Positions 14,629-30,843 are shown, counted from the stretch's first letter. The stretch: DNA of 64,000 nucleotides from Eledone cirrhosa (GCA_964016885.1 OZ024746.1:55366001-55430000); one strand, 5' to 3'. A program made the numbers and translations. Notes: generated by a model not told the origin, from the sequence alone.

Positions 14629-16053
14629 AATATAGACATAGAATATTCGAAAATATTCTGTATGTTTATAATAAACATTTTGAAGACCTAATCGCTATAG
14701 AATAGAATACGTCACGTATTACAATTAGATTCTCGATAAAAGCAAGGGAAGTAATCTACGCGTTTCATTCTCGTTAGAAATCATCAGGACTACATATCCA
14801 GTGCTTTTATCGAGAATGACACAGCTAGAGACTTATAGAATACTTAGCTGTGTACAGGAACTGGTTTGAAAGAGCGGTTGCCGGTCCGGCAGAAATTAGA
14901 AATTGGAATAAATGCTCTGAAATAGCGATATATATGTGAATATAGACATAGAATATTCGAAAATATTCTGTATGTTTATAATAAACATTTTGAAGACCTA
15001 ATCGCTATAGAATAGAATACGTCACGTATTACAATTAGATTCTCGATAAAAGCAAGGGAAGTAATCTACGCGTTTCATTCTCGTTAGAAATCATCAGGAC
15101 TACATATCCAGTGCTTTTATCGAGAATGACACAGCTAGAGACTTATAGAATACTTAGCTGTGTACAGGAACTGGTTTGAAAGAGCGGTTGCCGGTCCGGC
15201 AGAAATTAGAAATTGGAATAAATGCTCTGAAATAGCGATATATATGTGAATATAGACATAGAATATTCGAAAATATTCTGTATGTTTATAATAAACATTT
15301 TGAAGACCTAATCGCTATAGAATAGAATACGTCACGTATTACAATTAGATTCTCGATAAAAGCAAGGGAAGTAATCTACGCGTTTCATTCTCGTTAGAAA
15401 TCATCAGGACTACATATCCAGTGCTTTTATCGAGAATGACACAGCTAGAGACTTATAGAATACTTAGCTGTGTACAGGAACTGGTTTGAAAGAGCGGTTG
15501 CCGGTCCGGCAGAAATTAGAAATTGGAATAAATGCTCTGAAATAGCGATATATATGTGAATATAGACATAGAATATTCGAAAATATTCTGTATGTTTATA
15601 ATAAACATTTTGAAGACCTAATCGCTATAGAATAGAATACGTCACGTATTACAATTAGATGTTTATTATAAACATACAGAATATTTTCGAATATTCTATG
15701 TCTATATTCACATATATATCGCTATTTCAGAGCATTTATTCCAATTTCTAATTTCTGCCGGACCGGCAACCGCTCTTTCAAACCAGTTCCTGTACACAGC
15801 TAAGTATTCTATAAGTCTCTAGCTGTGTCATTCTCGATAAAAGCACTGGATATGTAGTCCTGATGATTTCTAACGAGAATGAAACGCGTAGATTACTTCC
15901 CTTGCTTTTATCGAGAATCTAATTGTAATACGTGACGTATTCTATTCTATAGCGATTAGGTCTTCAAAATGTTTATTATAAACATACAGAATATTTTCGA
16001 ATATTCTATGTCTATATTCACATATATATCGCTATTTCAGAGCATTTATTCCA

Positions 16054-16057
<4 letters not shown>
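14626..16057. mobile_element. Retrozyme-like tandem array: 3.3 x 310-bp monomers followed by an inverted 1.3 monomer
   Basis: Monomer starts at 14626, 14936, 15246 and 15556, and the copies appear identical. 15661-16057 is the reverse complement. (TA)n flanks both sides. Confidence 0.92.
15854..15896 (+). ncRNA. Minimal hammerhead ribozyme of the 310-bp monomer
   Basis: GTAGTC CTGATGA TTTCT-aacg-AGAAT GAAA CGCG TA GATTAC, with palindromic ACGCGT stem III. Outer stem TTCTCGATAAAAGCA/TGCTTTTATCGAGAA. Copies on - at 14751-14793, 15061-15103 and 15371-15413. Confidence 0.85.
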
Positions 16058-16093
<36 letters not shown>

Positions 16094-16172
16094 GTACACA
16101 CCCACACCCACACCCATCCACCCACACACACACACAGCCATACACACTCACACACATACACACACACACACA

Positions 16173-16243
<71 letters not shown>

Positions 16244-16319
16244 GTATATAACCGAATGAAAAATTTATATATACCAAATACATGATCTATAGTTCAAATA
16301 TATACACAGGTGGACCATT

Positions 16320-17740
16320 GTAGGGTGTATTTAATGTTAGCACGTTTCAGATCCCTGATTTAGCTAAACTGGGGTTTTTAAATATGTTGGTGTGCATATA
16401 CACCATCTTCTCTTTAAAATATTCGAAGTGGAACCCACATATTTTTATATCTCCAGTTTAGATTTTATCACACATTGATAAATGATATTTTTGTATAAGC
16501 ATTTACCCGACAGAGGATAATTGCTGGGATTTTTCAGTTGCAGTTTATCCGTGTATAGTGTGTGGTTTCCTCCCTGGTTCCAGTGTTGGCGGTGTTATTT
16601 CGTGCATTGTGTTGTTACTCCGGATAATGCGCTTAAAGTGGAAGGGACGTTGGTATTTGCATGTGCCAGGCTGCTCAATGTTGGAGACTGCAGATGTTGT
16701 TGAGGGTTAAGATTAAGTCCGGGTTTCCGTTGGCTGTTTGTATTGCCATACCTGCGGAGGTGTTTATTCAATTCCATAATGAAATTGCCCAGGTTAGCTG
16801 TGGTGGAATAGAATAGTCAGATCGTGTCTCTATTTTTTATTTTAGTATTAATTTGTGTGTTGGACGAAAGTATTCGTCTCTAAGTTTGAAGTAGAGATGG
16901 GATAGCTTAGTAATTACCAGATAATTAAGTGGGGGATTATACCATAGGTATGATTTTGTTCGCAACGTCCTTGGTGTTTTATTATTTGCATCATTATAAC
17001 TTTGTCTCTCCACTGTGGGGCTTTAAGCCGTCGGTATTTAAATTTGCAAATATTGTGTGGTATGCTTGTGATGTTTTCCTATTGGGGTAGTTGGAGTTTT
17101 CAATGCATGATGTATCCGGAATAAATTTTAGTGGTTCATCATAACCGGCCTTAAGTACAAACAGCGTTGTAGTAATTCGCGTTTGTGTTGAAAGAGGATT
17201 CAGAGGCAGGCAATCTGGAGATCCTAAGGGATACATTTTTAACAATGGAGCTAGTGATATTCCTAGGATGGCTAGACCAACGATTATAGTTAAGTTGATG
17301 CATTTAAGGTTATGATCAAAAGATATTTTAAGGCTCATTCGTTGAAAGAAGAATCTAATAGCTTTCCTTCTTTTTTCTAATTGCTCACCATTGAAGTTCT
17401 TAACCTCCTTTGATGTCAGGGAATACTAGATGTAACATATGCATGAGCTATGTTCCTACAAGGGCCGAGTCACTCGAACCCATATATCAAAGTCATTTTG
17501 TCTATCTTTACGTGACCAGTACTCATTGTCAAAGATAATGATCGAACATCTAGCAGTTAAAACTATACCGACTTCATTTCTAATTAATTTTGTATTGTGC
17601 ATCGCAAATATAAGGGTCTTATTGAGAGGGACTTGAATAGTAGTGATCTATGTCAAATTGAATGAAACTATAAGTGGGTGTATCTTCTAATTTAGTGAAC
17701 CAGTTGGTTGCGTCTCCGATATTGCCCAAGAATTTCAAAG
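16320..17740 (-). pseudogene. Heavily decayed PLE (RT + GIY-YIG), related to the 34261 element
   Basis: Fragments WFTKLEDTPTYSFIQFDIDHYYS, FDI.MGSSDSALVG, and YPLSGKCLYKNIIYQCVI..KYVGSTSN; many stops and frameshifts. Confidence 0.7.
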
Positions 17741-18589
17741 ACAGTCTCTTTTTTAATATATATATATTGTTTGTTATATTAAAATTTATATGGAAATATT
17801 TCGATATTTCGTAATATCGTTTTTATATTAGCCATAAATCAAATGAACAATAAACATACGCCCAAGAAGAGCTAAAATTTACTAAAATCGGAAAAAAGAC
17901 GATTTTAACTATAAAGATTGATGTAGAATAATCTAAGAGGAAATATTCAGACAAAATGGAAAGTTAAATATCCTAAATAGAAAACAACCTCCAAATAAAT
18001 CAATAAAAAAACATCAGAAACAAAAACAAAACACTCTATATATTGGAAATTATTAATTCTGACAAAATGTATTAAATGATGATGAATGTTGTACCTGTTT
18101 TTATATGTTCTTCGTTTTTTCATCATATATTTATTAATCTAAAACTTTTAGTCAACAATTATATTGGGTCGTCCTGTCACATTAAATTATTATAGAGAAC
18201 TTGTCAAAGTAAATGGTTTGCACTAAACATACGATCAACAATTTATGTGTATATTTTTGTATGTAACTCCTCGAAGGATTCACATGTAGACGGACACATA
18301 AAAAAAAGAAATATAATTTTATATGTGTCTTTACAAAAGAGTTTGATGTGAATGTAGAATCGTAATGCATTGTTGCTCAGATTGTGAGAATATTAGTATA
18401 AAAAAAGGCAATAAAAATACTGCGAAATAAAGACATAAAGCTAAGAATAATACAGGGGTCACGATCATCACTATCACAATAATATATGCCTGGACACACG
18501 CGCAGGTAGACACACATAAACAATTCTCTCCCCCCCCCCCCGCCCACACCCCCACACATATATATATATATATAGGCTTACTGATTGAT

Positions 18590-18960
18590 GTCCAGAGCCA
18601 TCATCAGCATTCTCGTGTAGCACCCATCCACCATCTGGGTGAGTTACTTGGTCAGTGTCCAAGTCTCATACCCGTACAGCAGCACCGACTCCACTACAAC
18701 AATGAAGAGGCGAATTTTCAGGTCTTTACTAAGGTCCGACTCCCACACCGATCTCATTAATCAGAGCTGTATGGGAGCCCCCAAAAGTCAGCTCAAAAGT
18801 GACACAGAGGAGACTGGGGTTAGCTGGATATGCTCACCGACATCCATAGTTGACACTGCACTCAGTGCTCCTGTGGGAGACCCAGCATGGATACACTGGA
18901 AGAGGAACGCCAAGGTTAAGGTATGTTGATGCCTTAAAGACAGACAGTGAATCTCGGAAA
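18590..18960. mobile_element. RTE-clade LINE 3' fragment with inverted 5' part
   Basis: - strand 18590-18757: VWESDLSKDLKIRLFIVVVESVLLYGYETWTLTK*..DGCYTRML. + strand 18760-18950 continues ..KVTQRRLGLAGYAHRHP*..LLWETQHGYTGRGTPRLRYVDALK. Confidence 0.8.
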
Positions 18961-19388
18961 TTTTACCCGCCCTAGATAGATAGATAGATATATATAGGCT
19001 TTTATGTGTAATCAAGTGCATGAGTATGTGTGTAATGTGTGAGAATTTATACTTATGTATAAACACACCTACATCTATTCAATAGTATTTATATAGATTC
19101 ATGTGAAACTCCTATAAACGTGTGATATTCATAATTATTTAAAATAACGCAACCCTTACATAAACAAATAACTGTAATTCGACAAAAATAAGAAATACCG
19201 ATACCTAAAATATTACACATCATACAGCGCTTTAAGTAACCACACTAACAACAAAAAACTATACCACCAGCAGAATGGTCATTATAGATAGATGAAGCAA
19301 TTTAATTATTAACCACGACACAATCCGTATAGGAGTTGATATGACTAAGTATAAAATACAAACAAATTTTATTCACTATTTTCAAACG

Positions 19389-19457
19389 TTCTTCTTCTTC
19401 TTCTTCTTCTTCTTCTTCTTCTTCTTCTTCTTCTTCTTCTTCTTCTTCTTCTTCTTC
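19389..19457. repeat. (TTC)n microsatellite
   Basis: About 23 perfect TTC units. Confidence 0.98.
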
Positions 19458-19483
19458 TATATATAAATGTATATATATATATA

Positions 19484-21001
<1,518 letters not shown>

Positions 21002-21027
21002 TATATATATAATATATATATATATAA

Positions 21028-21090
<63 letters not shown>

Positions 21091-21145
21091 AATATAAATA
21101 TATAATATATATATATATAAGTATTTATATATATAAATATATATA

Positions 21146-21202
<57 letters not shown>

Positions 21203-21270
21203 TATATAGATATATATTTATATATAAGTGTATATATATATATAATATATATATATAAGTATATAATTAT

Positions 21271-22798
21271 TACAATAACAGAGATAGTTTAAAGCTAAAC
21301 TCTGACTGGTAACCATCTCACTCAACAAACATTAAGTTATATTGAAATATAAACCCAATTTAAGTGTTTGGGCTGCTAACAAAATGTATAATGTGGAAAA
21401 ACCGGTTGTATTATTTTATGAGATATAATTAAAGTTAAAGTATATCTCTCTTTCCAAACAATTGTTTCATTATAAGTTTTCTACAAGTTTGGGAGAATGT
21501 TTCCAGTTTATGTAGAAGCCTAATATATATTCATGTAAGAATATATTTAGGTGGGCACTTATAAATCGTCAGTGGAAGCCCATTAAACATTGAAATAAGA
21601 AAACAATTTCTTACAGCTGTCAAAAATCATGTCCGTAAAGTAGCTCTCTCTCACCTCGAATGACCGCCAAATTTGAAATTCCAGCAGTTTTTGACTTAGG
21701 AAGTATCATAGCGACACGAAGCGGGAAGGGGAGACAACCCACGAAATGAGGAAAAAAATAATATACAATGCTGGTTAATTAGTTTTTTTGAAAAACATTA
21801 TCAATCCGACGTGTTTAAGAACTCAATTGAAAATAAAAAAATAAATATATGCTTGTATAAATTACACACGCATATAGATATTTTTTAGGCTAAATCAGAA
21901 GTTGTACCCGAATAAGAACCGCTTCTCATAACCGCAGTAAATGCGGAAAGTTATGCTATAAAGGGCAAATGGGAATATAATTCTCCGGCCGAAATATTAA
22001 GAGTAAAATATAAAACACACGCGGGTTAATTAGTTATTACAAAACCAATATTAGTTCCTCGTGTAAAGAACTCATTTAATAAAAGAAAATAAATACACAT
22101 ATGCTTGTAATTATATACGTAGGCATATATATATTTTTTTTCCTAGGCTAAAAAACAGAGAAGTTACAACAACAAAAAAAAGCCACAATATTTCACAACA
22201 GTAATAAAAACGGAAAGTCAAATTCATAAGGTACCTGGAAATAAACACCTCTGGCCAATCAAGAGTAAATATTTAATACAATAACAGAGATAGTTTAAAG
22301 CTAAACTCTGACTGGTAACCATCTCACTCAACAAACATTAGGTTATATTGAAATATAAACCCAATTTACGTGTTTGGGGTGCTAACAAAATGTATAATGT
22401 TGAAAAACCAGTTGTATTATTTTATGAGATATAATTAAAGTATATCTCTCTTTCCAAACAATTGTTTCATTATAAATTTTATACAAGTTTGGGAGAATGT
22501 TTCCAGTTTATGGAGCAGCCTAATATATATTCATGTAAGAATATATTTGGTGGGCACTTATAAATCGTCAGTGGAAGCCCATTAAACATTGAAATAAGAA
22601 AACAATTTCTTACCGCTGTCAAAAATCATGTCCGTAAAGTAGTTCTCTCTCACCTCGAATGACGGCCAAATTTGAAATTCCATCAGTTTTTGACTGAGGA
22701 AGTATCATAGCGACACGAAGCGGGAAGGGGAAACAACCCACGAAATGAGGAAAAACATAATATACACGCGGGTTAATTAGTTTTTTTGAAAACATTAT
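21271..22798 (-). mobile_element. Family J subfamily, 1.5 tandem units of ~1006 bp
   Basis: 21271 repeats at 22277. Homologous to the reverse complement of 19484-20670. HHRs at 21453-21576 and 22453-22575. Confidence 0.8.
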
Positions 22799-22831
22799 TA
22801 AATATATATAATATATATATATATGTATAAG

Positions 22832-22864
<33 letters not shown>

Positions 22865-22865
22865 A

Positions 22866-22956
<91 letters not shown>

Positions 22957-23044
22957 TATATATATATATATATATATATATAAGTATATATATATATATA
23001 TAGTATATATATATAAGTATATATATATATATATATATATATAA

Positions 23045-23126
<82 letters not shown>

Positions 23127-23130
<4 letters not shown>

Positions 23131-23540
23131 GGAGGTGAGTTTTATTGTAGTACAATAAAGCAATGCAGATATCGGATAAGAAGCGCTCTACAGTTTGTAG
23201 GACTGGAGTATACATAATATATAAGATCAAAATATGGTTAAATGAGTTCCATGTATTTTATTATGCGCATTTCAAAAACAAATATCATCATGCAATAACA
23301 TTTGTGTTTTCATCAGATAAAATGAGAAGGACATAATATGAAGGTTAAAACACTTGTGGATAGTGCAGTTTTAAATCAACATATCAATCATATATGTTGA
23401 TTTAAAACTGCACTATCCACAAGTGTTTGTAACCTTCATATCACGTCCTCCTATTTTATCTGATGAAAACACAAATGTTATTGCATGATGATATTTGTTT
23501 TTGAAATGCGCATAATAAAATACATGGAACTCATTTAACC
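23127..23540. mobile_element. Family K inverted-arm element with two HHRs and tail
   Basis: Arms ~23215-23385 and 23392-23540; tail 23127-23215. HHR + 23452-23522: TATTTTAT CTGATGA AAACACAAAT..ATTTGTTTTT GAAA TGCGCA TA ATAAAATA; mirror copy - 23254-23323. Confidence 0.85.
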
Positions 23541-23581
23541 ATCTTTTGATCTTATATATTATATATATATATATATATATA

Positions 23582-23674
<93 letters not shown>

Positions 23675-23796
23675 AATATATATATATATTTATATATATA
23701 AGTATATATATATTTAATATATATATATAAGTGTATATAATATATATATATAAGTATATATATAACATATATATATATATATTTATATATATATAT

Positions 23797-24198
23797 GCAA
23801 AAGTTTTATTTAAAATTGTTGTGTTACAACGAGTAATTTATAACTGATATAAAAGCACTCAACAGGTTTTGGAGTATTTTACGATATTAAACAAATGGAA
23901 ACTACATTTATAAAACCATATTTATTTCATTATATATATTTCAGGGATATCATATTAAAAATATGGTATGCCCTCTTCAGACAAAATACAATATATAAAC
24001 AGTTTTATAAATAAATTATATAACAACTTTTTAAATAGAAGTTGTAAAATTTTAAGTTATGTCAAATTTATTTATAAAACTGTTTATATATTGTATTTTG
24101 TCTGAAGAGGGCATACCATATTTTTAATATGATATCCCTGAAATATATATAATGAAATAAATATGGTTTTATAAATGTAGTTTCCATTTGTTTAATAT
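23797..24198. mobile_element. Family L inverted-arm element with HHRs and tail
   Basis: HHR + 24095-24158: ATTTTGT CTGAAGA GGGcATACCATATT-ttt-AATATGATATCCCT GAAA TATATA TA ATGAAAT; mirror copy - 23924-23987. Tail 23797-23880. Confidence 0.85.
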
Positions 24199-24310
24199 TT
24201 ATATATATATATATTTATATATATATATTATATTATATATATTTTATATATATATATATGTTTATATATATATAAGTATATATATATAAACATATATATA
24301 TATATATATA

Positions 24311-24839
24311 AACGGAGAAAATGAAACGAAATTTCATTTCTTACACTTAGTACCACTGTTACTTAAATATAAGTATGTATACGTACATATATGTATACAG
24401 ACGTACAGTAGTATATATATATATATACATACATGCACACATAAATATATGTACGTATGGATTCACCGAACATTTATTATAATGCACGGTGTGTTTGTAA
24501 AAAAACATCCGGAATTAAGCCGTACAGTGTCTAGCAACCATCGTTGCTCATTAGTTCAATACTGACAAAGGAACGCTGTACAAGTTTCAAGCTTATTAGC
24601 TATCGTCAGCAACGTATACCTTCCTGCCAGATGGTTGAACGTCTGAAAGTATATACTTTCCTTATGCATATTAACGGCTGAGCAGCCTAATTTGCATATC
24701 GAGTGAGTTAATCGGCCGGGGTACCGAAAACGATAAGCAGAAAAATGAAACGAAATTTCATTTCTCACTCTTAGTACGGCTGTTACTTAAATATAATTAT
24801 ATATACGTACATACATATATGTATACAAATGTACAGTAG

Positions 24840-24915
<76 letters not shown>

Positions 24916-25140
24916 CATGCACACATACATATATGCACGTATGGAATCACCGAACATTTATTATAATGCTCGGTGTGTTTGTAAACAAACATCCCGAATT
25001 TAGCCGTACATCATCTACCAACCACCGTACGGCTGTACGGTTTAAATCGGGATGTTTCTTTACAAACACACCGAGCATTATAATAAATGTATAAATGTTC
25101 GGTGATTCCATACGTGCGTATATGTATGTGTGCATGTATG

Positions 25141-25198
<58 letters not shown>

Positions 25199-26890
25199 CT
25201 ACTGTAAATCTGTGTACATATATGTATGTACGTATACATACTTATATTTAAGTAACAGCCGTACTAACAGTGAGAAATGATATTTCCATTTTTTCCGTTT
25301 ATCGTTTGAGGTACCCCGCCGATTAACTCACTCGATATGCAAATTAGGCTGCTCAGCCGTTAATATGCATAAAGCAAGTATATACTTTCACACGTGCAAC
25401 CATCTGGCAGGAAGGTATACGTTGCTGACGATAGCTAATAGGCTTGAAACTAGTACAGCGTTCTTTTGTCAGTGTTGAACAAATGAGCAGCGATGGTTGT
25501 TCGACACTGTACGGCTTAATTCGGGATATTTGTTTACACACACACCTAGCATTATAAGTTTTCGCTGAATCCATACGACATATATGTATGTGTGCATGTA
25601 TGTATATATATGTATATATATATACATACTACTGTATGTCTGTATACATATATGTATGTACGTATACATACTTATATTTAAGTAACAGCCGTACTAAGTG
25701 TGAGGAATGAAATTTCGTTTCATTTTTTCCGTTTATCGTTATCGGTACCCCGGCCGAATAATTTACTCGATATGCAAATCAGGCTGCTCAGCCGTTAATA
25801 TGCATAAGGAAAGTATATACTTTCAGACGTTCACGCATCTGGCAGGAAGTTATGCGTTGCTGAAGATTGTTAATAAGCTTGAAACTTGTACAGCGTTCCT
25901 CTGTCAGTGTTGAACAAACTAGCAACGATGGTTGCTGGACACTACGGCTTATTACGGGTTGTTTGTTAACAAACACCGAGCATTATAATAAATGTTCGGT
26001 GAATCCATACGTATATATATTTGTGTGCATGTATGTATATATATATATATATACATACTACTGTACGTCTCTCTATATATATGTATGTACATGTACATAC
26101 TTATATTTAAGTAACAGCCCTACTAAGAGTGGGAAATGAAATTTTGTTTCATTTTTTCCATTTATCGTTTTCGGTACACCCGGCCGATTAACCCAACGAT
26201 ATGTAAATTGGGCTACTCAGCCGTTAATATGCATAAGGTAAGTATATACGTTCAACAATCTCGCAGGAAGTTATACGTTGCCGACGATAGCTAATAAGCT
26301 TGAAACTAGTACAGCGTTCCTTTGTCAGTGTTGAACAAACTAGCAACGGTGGTTGCTGGACACTACGGCTTAATACGGGATGTTTGTTTACAAAGACACA
26401 GTGCATTATAATAAATGTTCGGTGTATCCATACATACATATATATATATAAGTGTGCATGCATGTATATATATATACATATTACTGTACGTCTGTATATA
26501 TATATGTATGTACGTGTACATACTTATATTTATGTAACCGCCGTACTAAGAGTGGGAAATGAAATTTCGTTTCATTTTTCCCGTTTAATGATTTCGGTAC
26601 CCCGGCCGATTTAACTCACTCGATATGCAAATTAGGCTGGTCAGCCGTTAATATGCATAAGGAATGTAAATACTTCCAGACGTTCAACCATCTGGCAGGA
26701 AGGTACACGTTGCTGACGATAGCTAATAAGCTTGAAACTAGTACAGCGTTCCTTTGTCAGTGTTGAACAAACAAGCAACGATGGTTGCTGGAAACTGTAC
26801 GGCTTAATTCGGGAGGTTTGTTTACAAACACACCGAGCATTATAATAAATGTTCGGTGAATCCATACGTACATATATATATGTGTGCATG

Positions 26891-26932
<42 letters not shown>

Positions 26933-26977
26933 CTACTGTACGTCTGTATACATGTATGTATGTACGTATACATACTT
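24311..26977. mobile_element. Retrozyme-like array, family M: inverted ~1.6 monomers plus ~4.4 tandem ~430-bp monomers
   Basis: Inversion point at ~25030. One HHR per unit: + 25419-25461, 25854-25896, 26275-26317 (core CCGACGA) and 26707-26749; - 24573-24615. Confidence 0.88.
26707..26749 (+). ncRNA. Minimal hammerhead ribozyme of family M
   Basis: ACGTTG CTGACGA TAGCT-aata-AGCTT GAAA CTAG TA CAGCGT, with palindromic ACTAGT stem III. Confidence 0.85.
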
Positions 26978-27031
26978 ATATATATATATATATATATATT
27001 TATACATAAGTATATATATATCTATACATAA

Positions 27032-27138
<107 letters not shown>

Positions 27139-27170
27139 AGTATATATATATATATACATAAGTATATATT

Positions 27171-27212
<42 letters not shown>

Positions 27213-27263
27213 TAAGTATATATATATATATACATAAGTATATATATATATATATATATATAA

Positions 27264-27330
<67 letters not shown>

Positions 27331-27335
27331 TATAT

Positions 27336-27716
27336 GCAAAAGATTTATTTAAAATTGTTGGGTTTCAACAAGTAAATATTTTATAACTGATATAAAGCTC
27401 TCGACAAGTTTCTGGAGTAGATATACGATATTAAACAAATGGAAACTATATTTATAAAACCATATTTATTTTGTTATACATATTTCAGGGATACCATATT
27501 AAAAATAACTAAATAATTATAAACACTTCACTACCAAGGCAGCCTCCTAATTTAATGGTCGCTTATATTATGGTACGTCAAAATTATTTATAAAACTGTT
27601 TATATATTGTATTTTATCTGACGAAGGCATGCCATATTTTTAATATGGTATCCCTGAAATATGTATAATGAAATAAATATGGTTTTATAAATATAGTTTC
27701 CATTTGTTTAATATCG
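27336..27716. mobile_element. Family L inverted-arm element
   Basis: Same two termini as 23797-24198. HHR + 27611-27674 (CTGACGA core). Confidence 0.85.
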
Positions 27717-27773
27717 TATATAAGTATATATAGATATAAGTATATATATATACATAAGTATATATATATATAT

Positions 27774-28153
27774 AAAGAAAAAGGGATGAAATCGAAAATG
27801 CAACTGAAGTCTTATTTTTTTTTTAAATATATATATTTTTATTTGGTTCCTTTACCGGTTTCGCAGTTCTTCTGCTTTTCAAAAGGTGAGTTGAGATGGA
27901 GGGTCTGTGGTTTTTCTCACATCGAGAGATGTGAGAAAAACCACAGATGTGAGAAAAACCACAGACCCTCCATCTCAACTCACCTTTTGAAAAGCAGAAG
28001 AACTGCGAAACCGGTAAAGGAACCAAATAAAAATATATATATTTTTAAAAAAAATAAGACTTCAGTTGCATTTTCGATTTCATCCCTTTTTCTTTATACT
28101 TCCACTCGTGTAGGGCACCTCGGTTATTTTTCATTTTGTAAAAAAAACCTCAC

Positions 28154-28160
<7 letters not shown>
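27774..28160. mobile_element. Family N inverted-arm element with U3-A8 HHR
   Basis: Near-perfect ~150-bp arms. 27983-28020: CCTT TTGAAAA GCAG-aagaa-CTGC GAAA CCGG TA AAGG. Tail ~28098-28160. Confidence 0.8.
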
Positions 28161-28252
<92 letters not shown>

Positions 28253-28549
28253 TATGTTTATATATATATATATACTTATGTATATATATATATATATGTA
28301 TATATGTATATATATATATATATACATATGTGTATATATATATATATATGTATATATATACATATATATATATATACTAATGAATGTTTGGAGATGGGTA
28401 TTCTTTCCGAAATATAATACCGTAATTAAAATAACGCTAAAGTTTAAAACGAAGGTTAAATATGAAAAACTGAATAACATAACAGTGGAAATATCCCGTA
28501 TACATATACATGAACACACACACATACATATGTACATACATGAATATAA

Positions 28550-28586
<37 letters not shown>

Positions 28587-28723
28587 GGACACGCAAATAT
28601 ACACATAAAAGAGATCAATACATCAAAAACAATTGAGTCATAATTATTCTATACGAAATTCAATATAACATATATACAGATAGATATATATATGTATGCA
28701 TTTGTAGATTTATATATTTATAT

Positions 28724-28798
<75 letters not shown>

Positions 28799-28801
28799 TA
28801 A

Positions 28802-28899
<98 letters not shown>

Positions 28900-30427
28900 T
28901 ATATATATATTACTTACAATTTCTCTTTGTACTTGAGTTAGCATTCTTTCAGTTCAACATTAAAATTGTATATTTTTATTATTTCTTTGGAATCTATCAT
29001 TATTCAGTTTGTGGTAAATAATTGTTTTACATTTATAATGTTTGCACATTTCTCGTGATGTATTTAGCCATATATTGATATCATATGAAGAAATAATTTT
29101 TTCACTTTAAGTTATATTAATATTATTGTGATGTTGGTGTTATATTTTCATGTTTAGCGGTCTTGTATATTAATTGTTCTCTTTGTATGTTATGAGCTAT
29201 ATTGGAGTTATGAGGGCGTGATACTTTTCCCTTGGGATTCTAAACATTTTTTTTTCGTTGGTATGTATATAACAGTTGAAGTGTTCTTATTCATACTTAT
29301 TTCCTGTTGATAATTGACTACGGTTTTGCAATCCACACAATATCCTCTGAGCTTTTATACAGATAAAATGAAGCGTTGTCCGACATGTACGAATAATTAG
29401 TACACGCCGGGGATTTATAATTTTTGACATCCAGCGATGGTTACACGAGATGGGAGACTGCCTAACACTGCCACCCTAGTTCTACGGATGTTATGTAATA
29501 TACCGGAGCCGGCACGCCGACACCCAACAGCACATATCCCCAGCCCCACTACCGCTACGTATGGGAAATGACATACAGATGTATGTGCGCTCCTGCACAT
29601 AGGGTTGCATGCTTAAAGCGTGCGTGCATTTGCCAGAAATCTGTAGTTCACATATACCTCTACATACATCTGATATTCGATTATGCACATAAGCATATGG
29701 CTACGTCAACGCAAGTCCATTCTCCTTAGATCTGAATTGCACACTCGCATCTAACACTCACCCACTCTAGCCCTAACTATCTCCTTCTTCCGTCTATAAC
29801 ATATCAACGATAGAGACTATGTGAACTAGACTGACCGACGATGACTTGGCAGTTAACAGGAAAAGGACCTTAATCCCCCACCCCTCCTCTTGGACTAATT
29901 GACAGATTCGTGAAATAAAATTATCAATCGTTTTATCACAATTTGGGAACCAGAACGATCAGCCATAGTTTTAATATCCTGAATCATTTTAGTGAACTGA
30001 CTTACATCAACACCTGCTACGCCAAATATATATATATATCTTACAAGTCCACAAACCTACCATTGCTAGAATTGGTACGACATATGCTTGCTGAACGTCG
30101 GGATGGACATATATAAACATAATCCAACTATATGCTAATTTACAACTTCGTGTCGGACAAAAGTTTATGGACTTATCTTTGAATAACGTTTTTTTTGTAC
30201 ATTTGAAATGTGCATATCAAGATGAAGAAATGGAATAAAATGTGTTGAATATGTGATACCATTTCTCTTCCTTTCCTTATATATGTATAGTGTATAGTAT
30301 ACAAATCACTGAAGTGTAAATCACAGTAAACTATTCGAAAGAACGCTTCACAAGCATAACTCCATAGGGATATACTCACATAAAAGCAACCTTGATATAA
30401 GGAGCCTGACCAAATTTTAATTATGTA

Positions 30428-30517
<90 letters not shown>

Positions 30518-30843
30518 ATATTCATAAATACATATACACACGTAACAGTACAAATGATACACCTGGACGCATCGCTTCTACCCGTATGAGAGCCAGCCAA
30601 CCGACATGCAATCATCCCTATGCATCTTGACAAAGCTATTTATTTCCATCTTTCAACCTCCGTTTCTCCAACTTCCTTCCTCTCCGAAGATTTCTCTTTC
30701 CTGATGGAGAGTTATGTACGATAAGTTGAAACATTTATTCATTAGTTACTTATCTATTATCATGCTTGAAACCAATAAGACGTTGTGTTATTCTATGTTT
30801 GTGTTTGTCTTTTTCATTCCTTATTTTTCATTCCTTATTGAAC

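Noticed and set aside
14626-15660. CRISPR-like or simple satellite reading of the tandem arrays
   Set aside because: No repeat-spacer structure, eukaryotic context, and one HHR per monomer.
16530-16545. TGA at a Cys position (CNC motif) in the decayed PLE, suggesting selenocysteine as reported for Naiad PLEs
   Set aside because: The copy has many other stops and frameshifts, and family A Cys codons are TGC/TGT, so there is no support.
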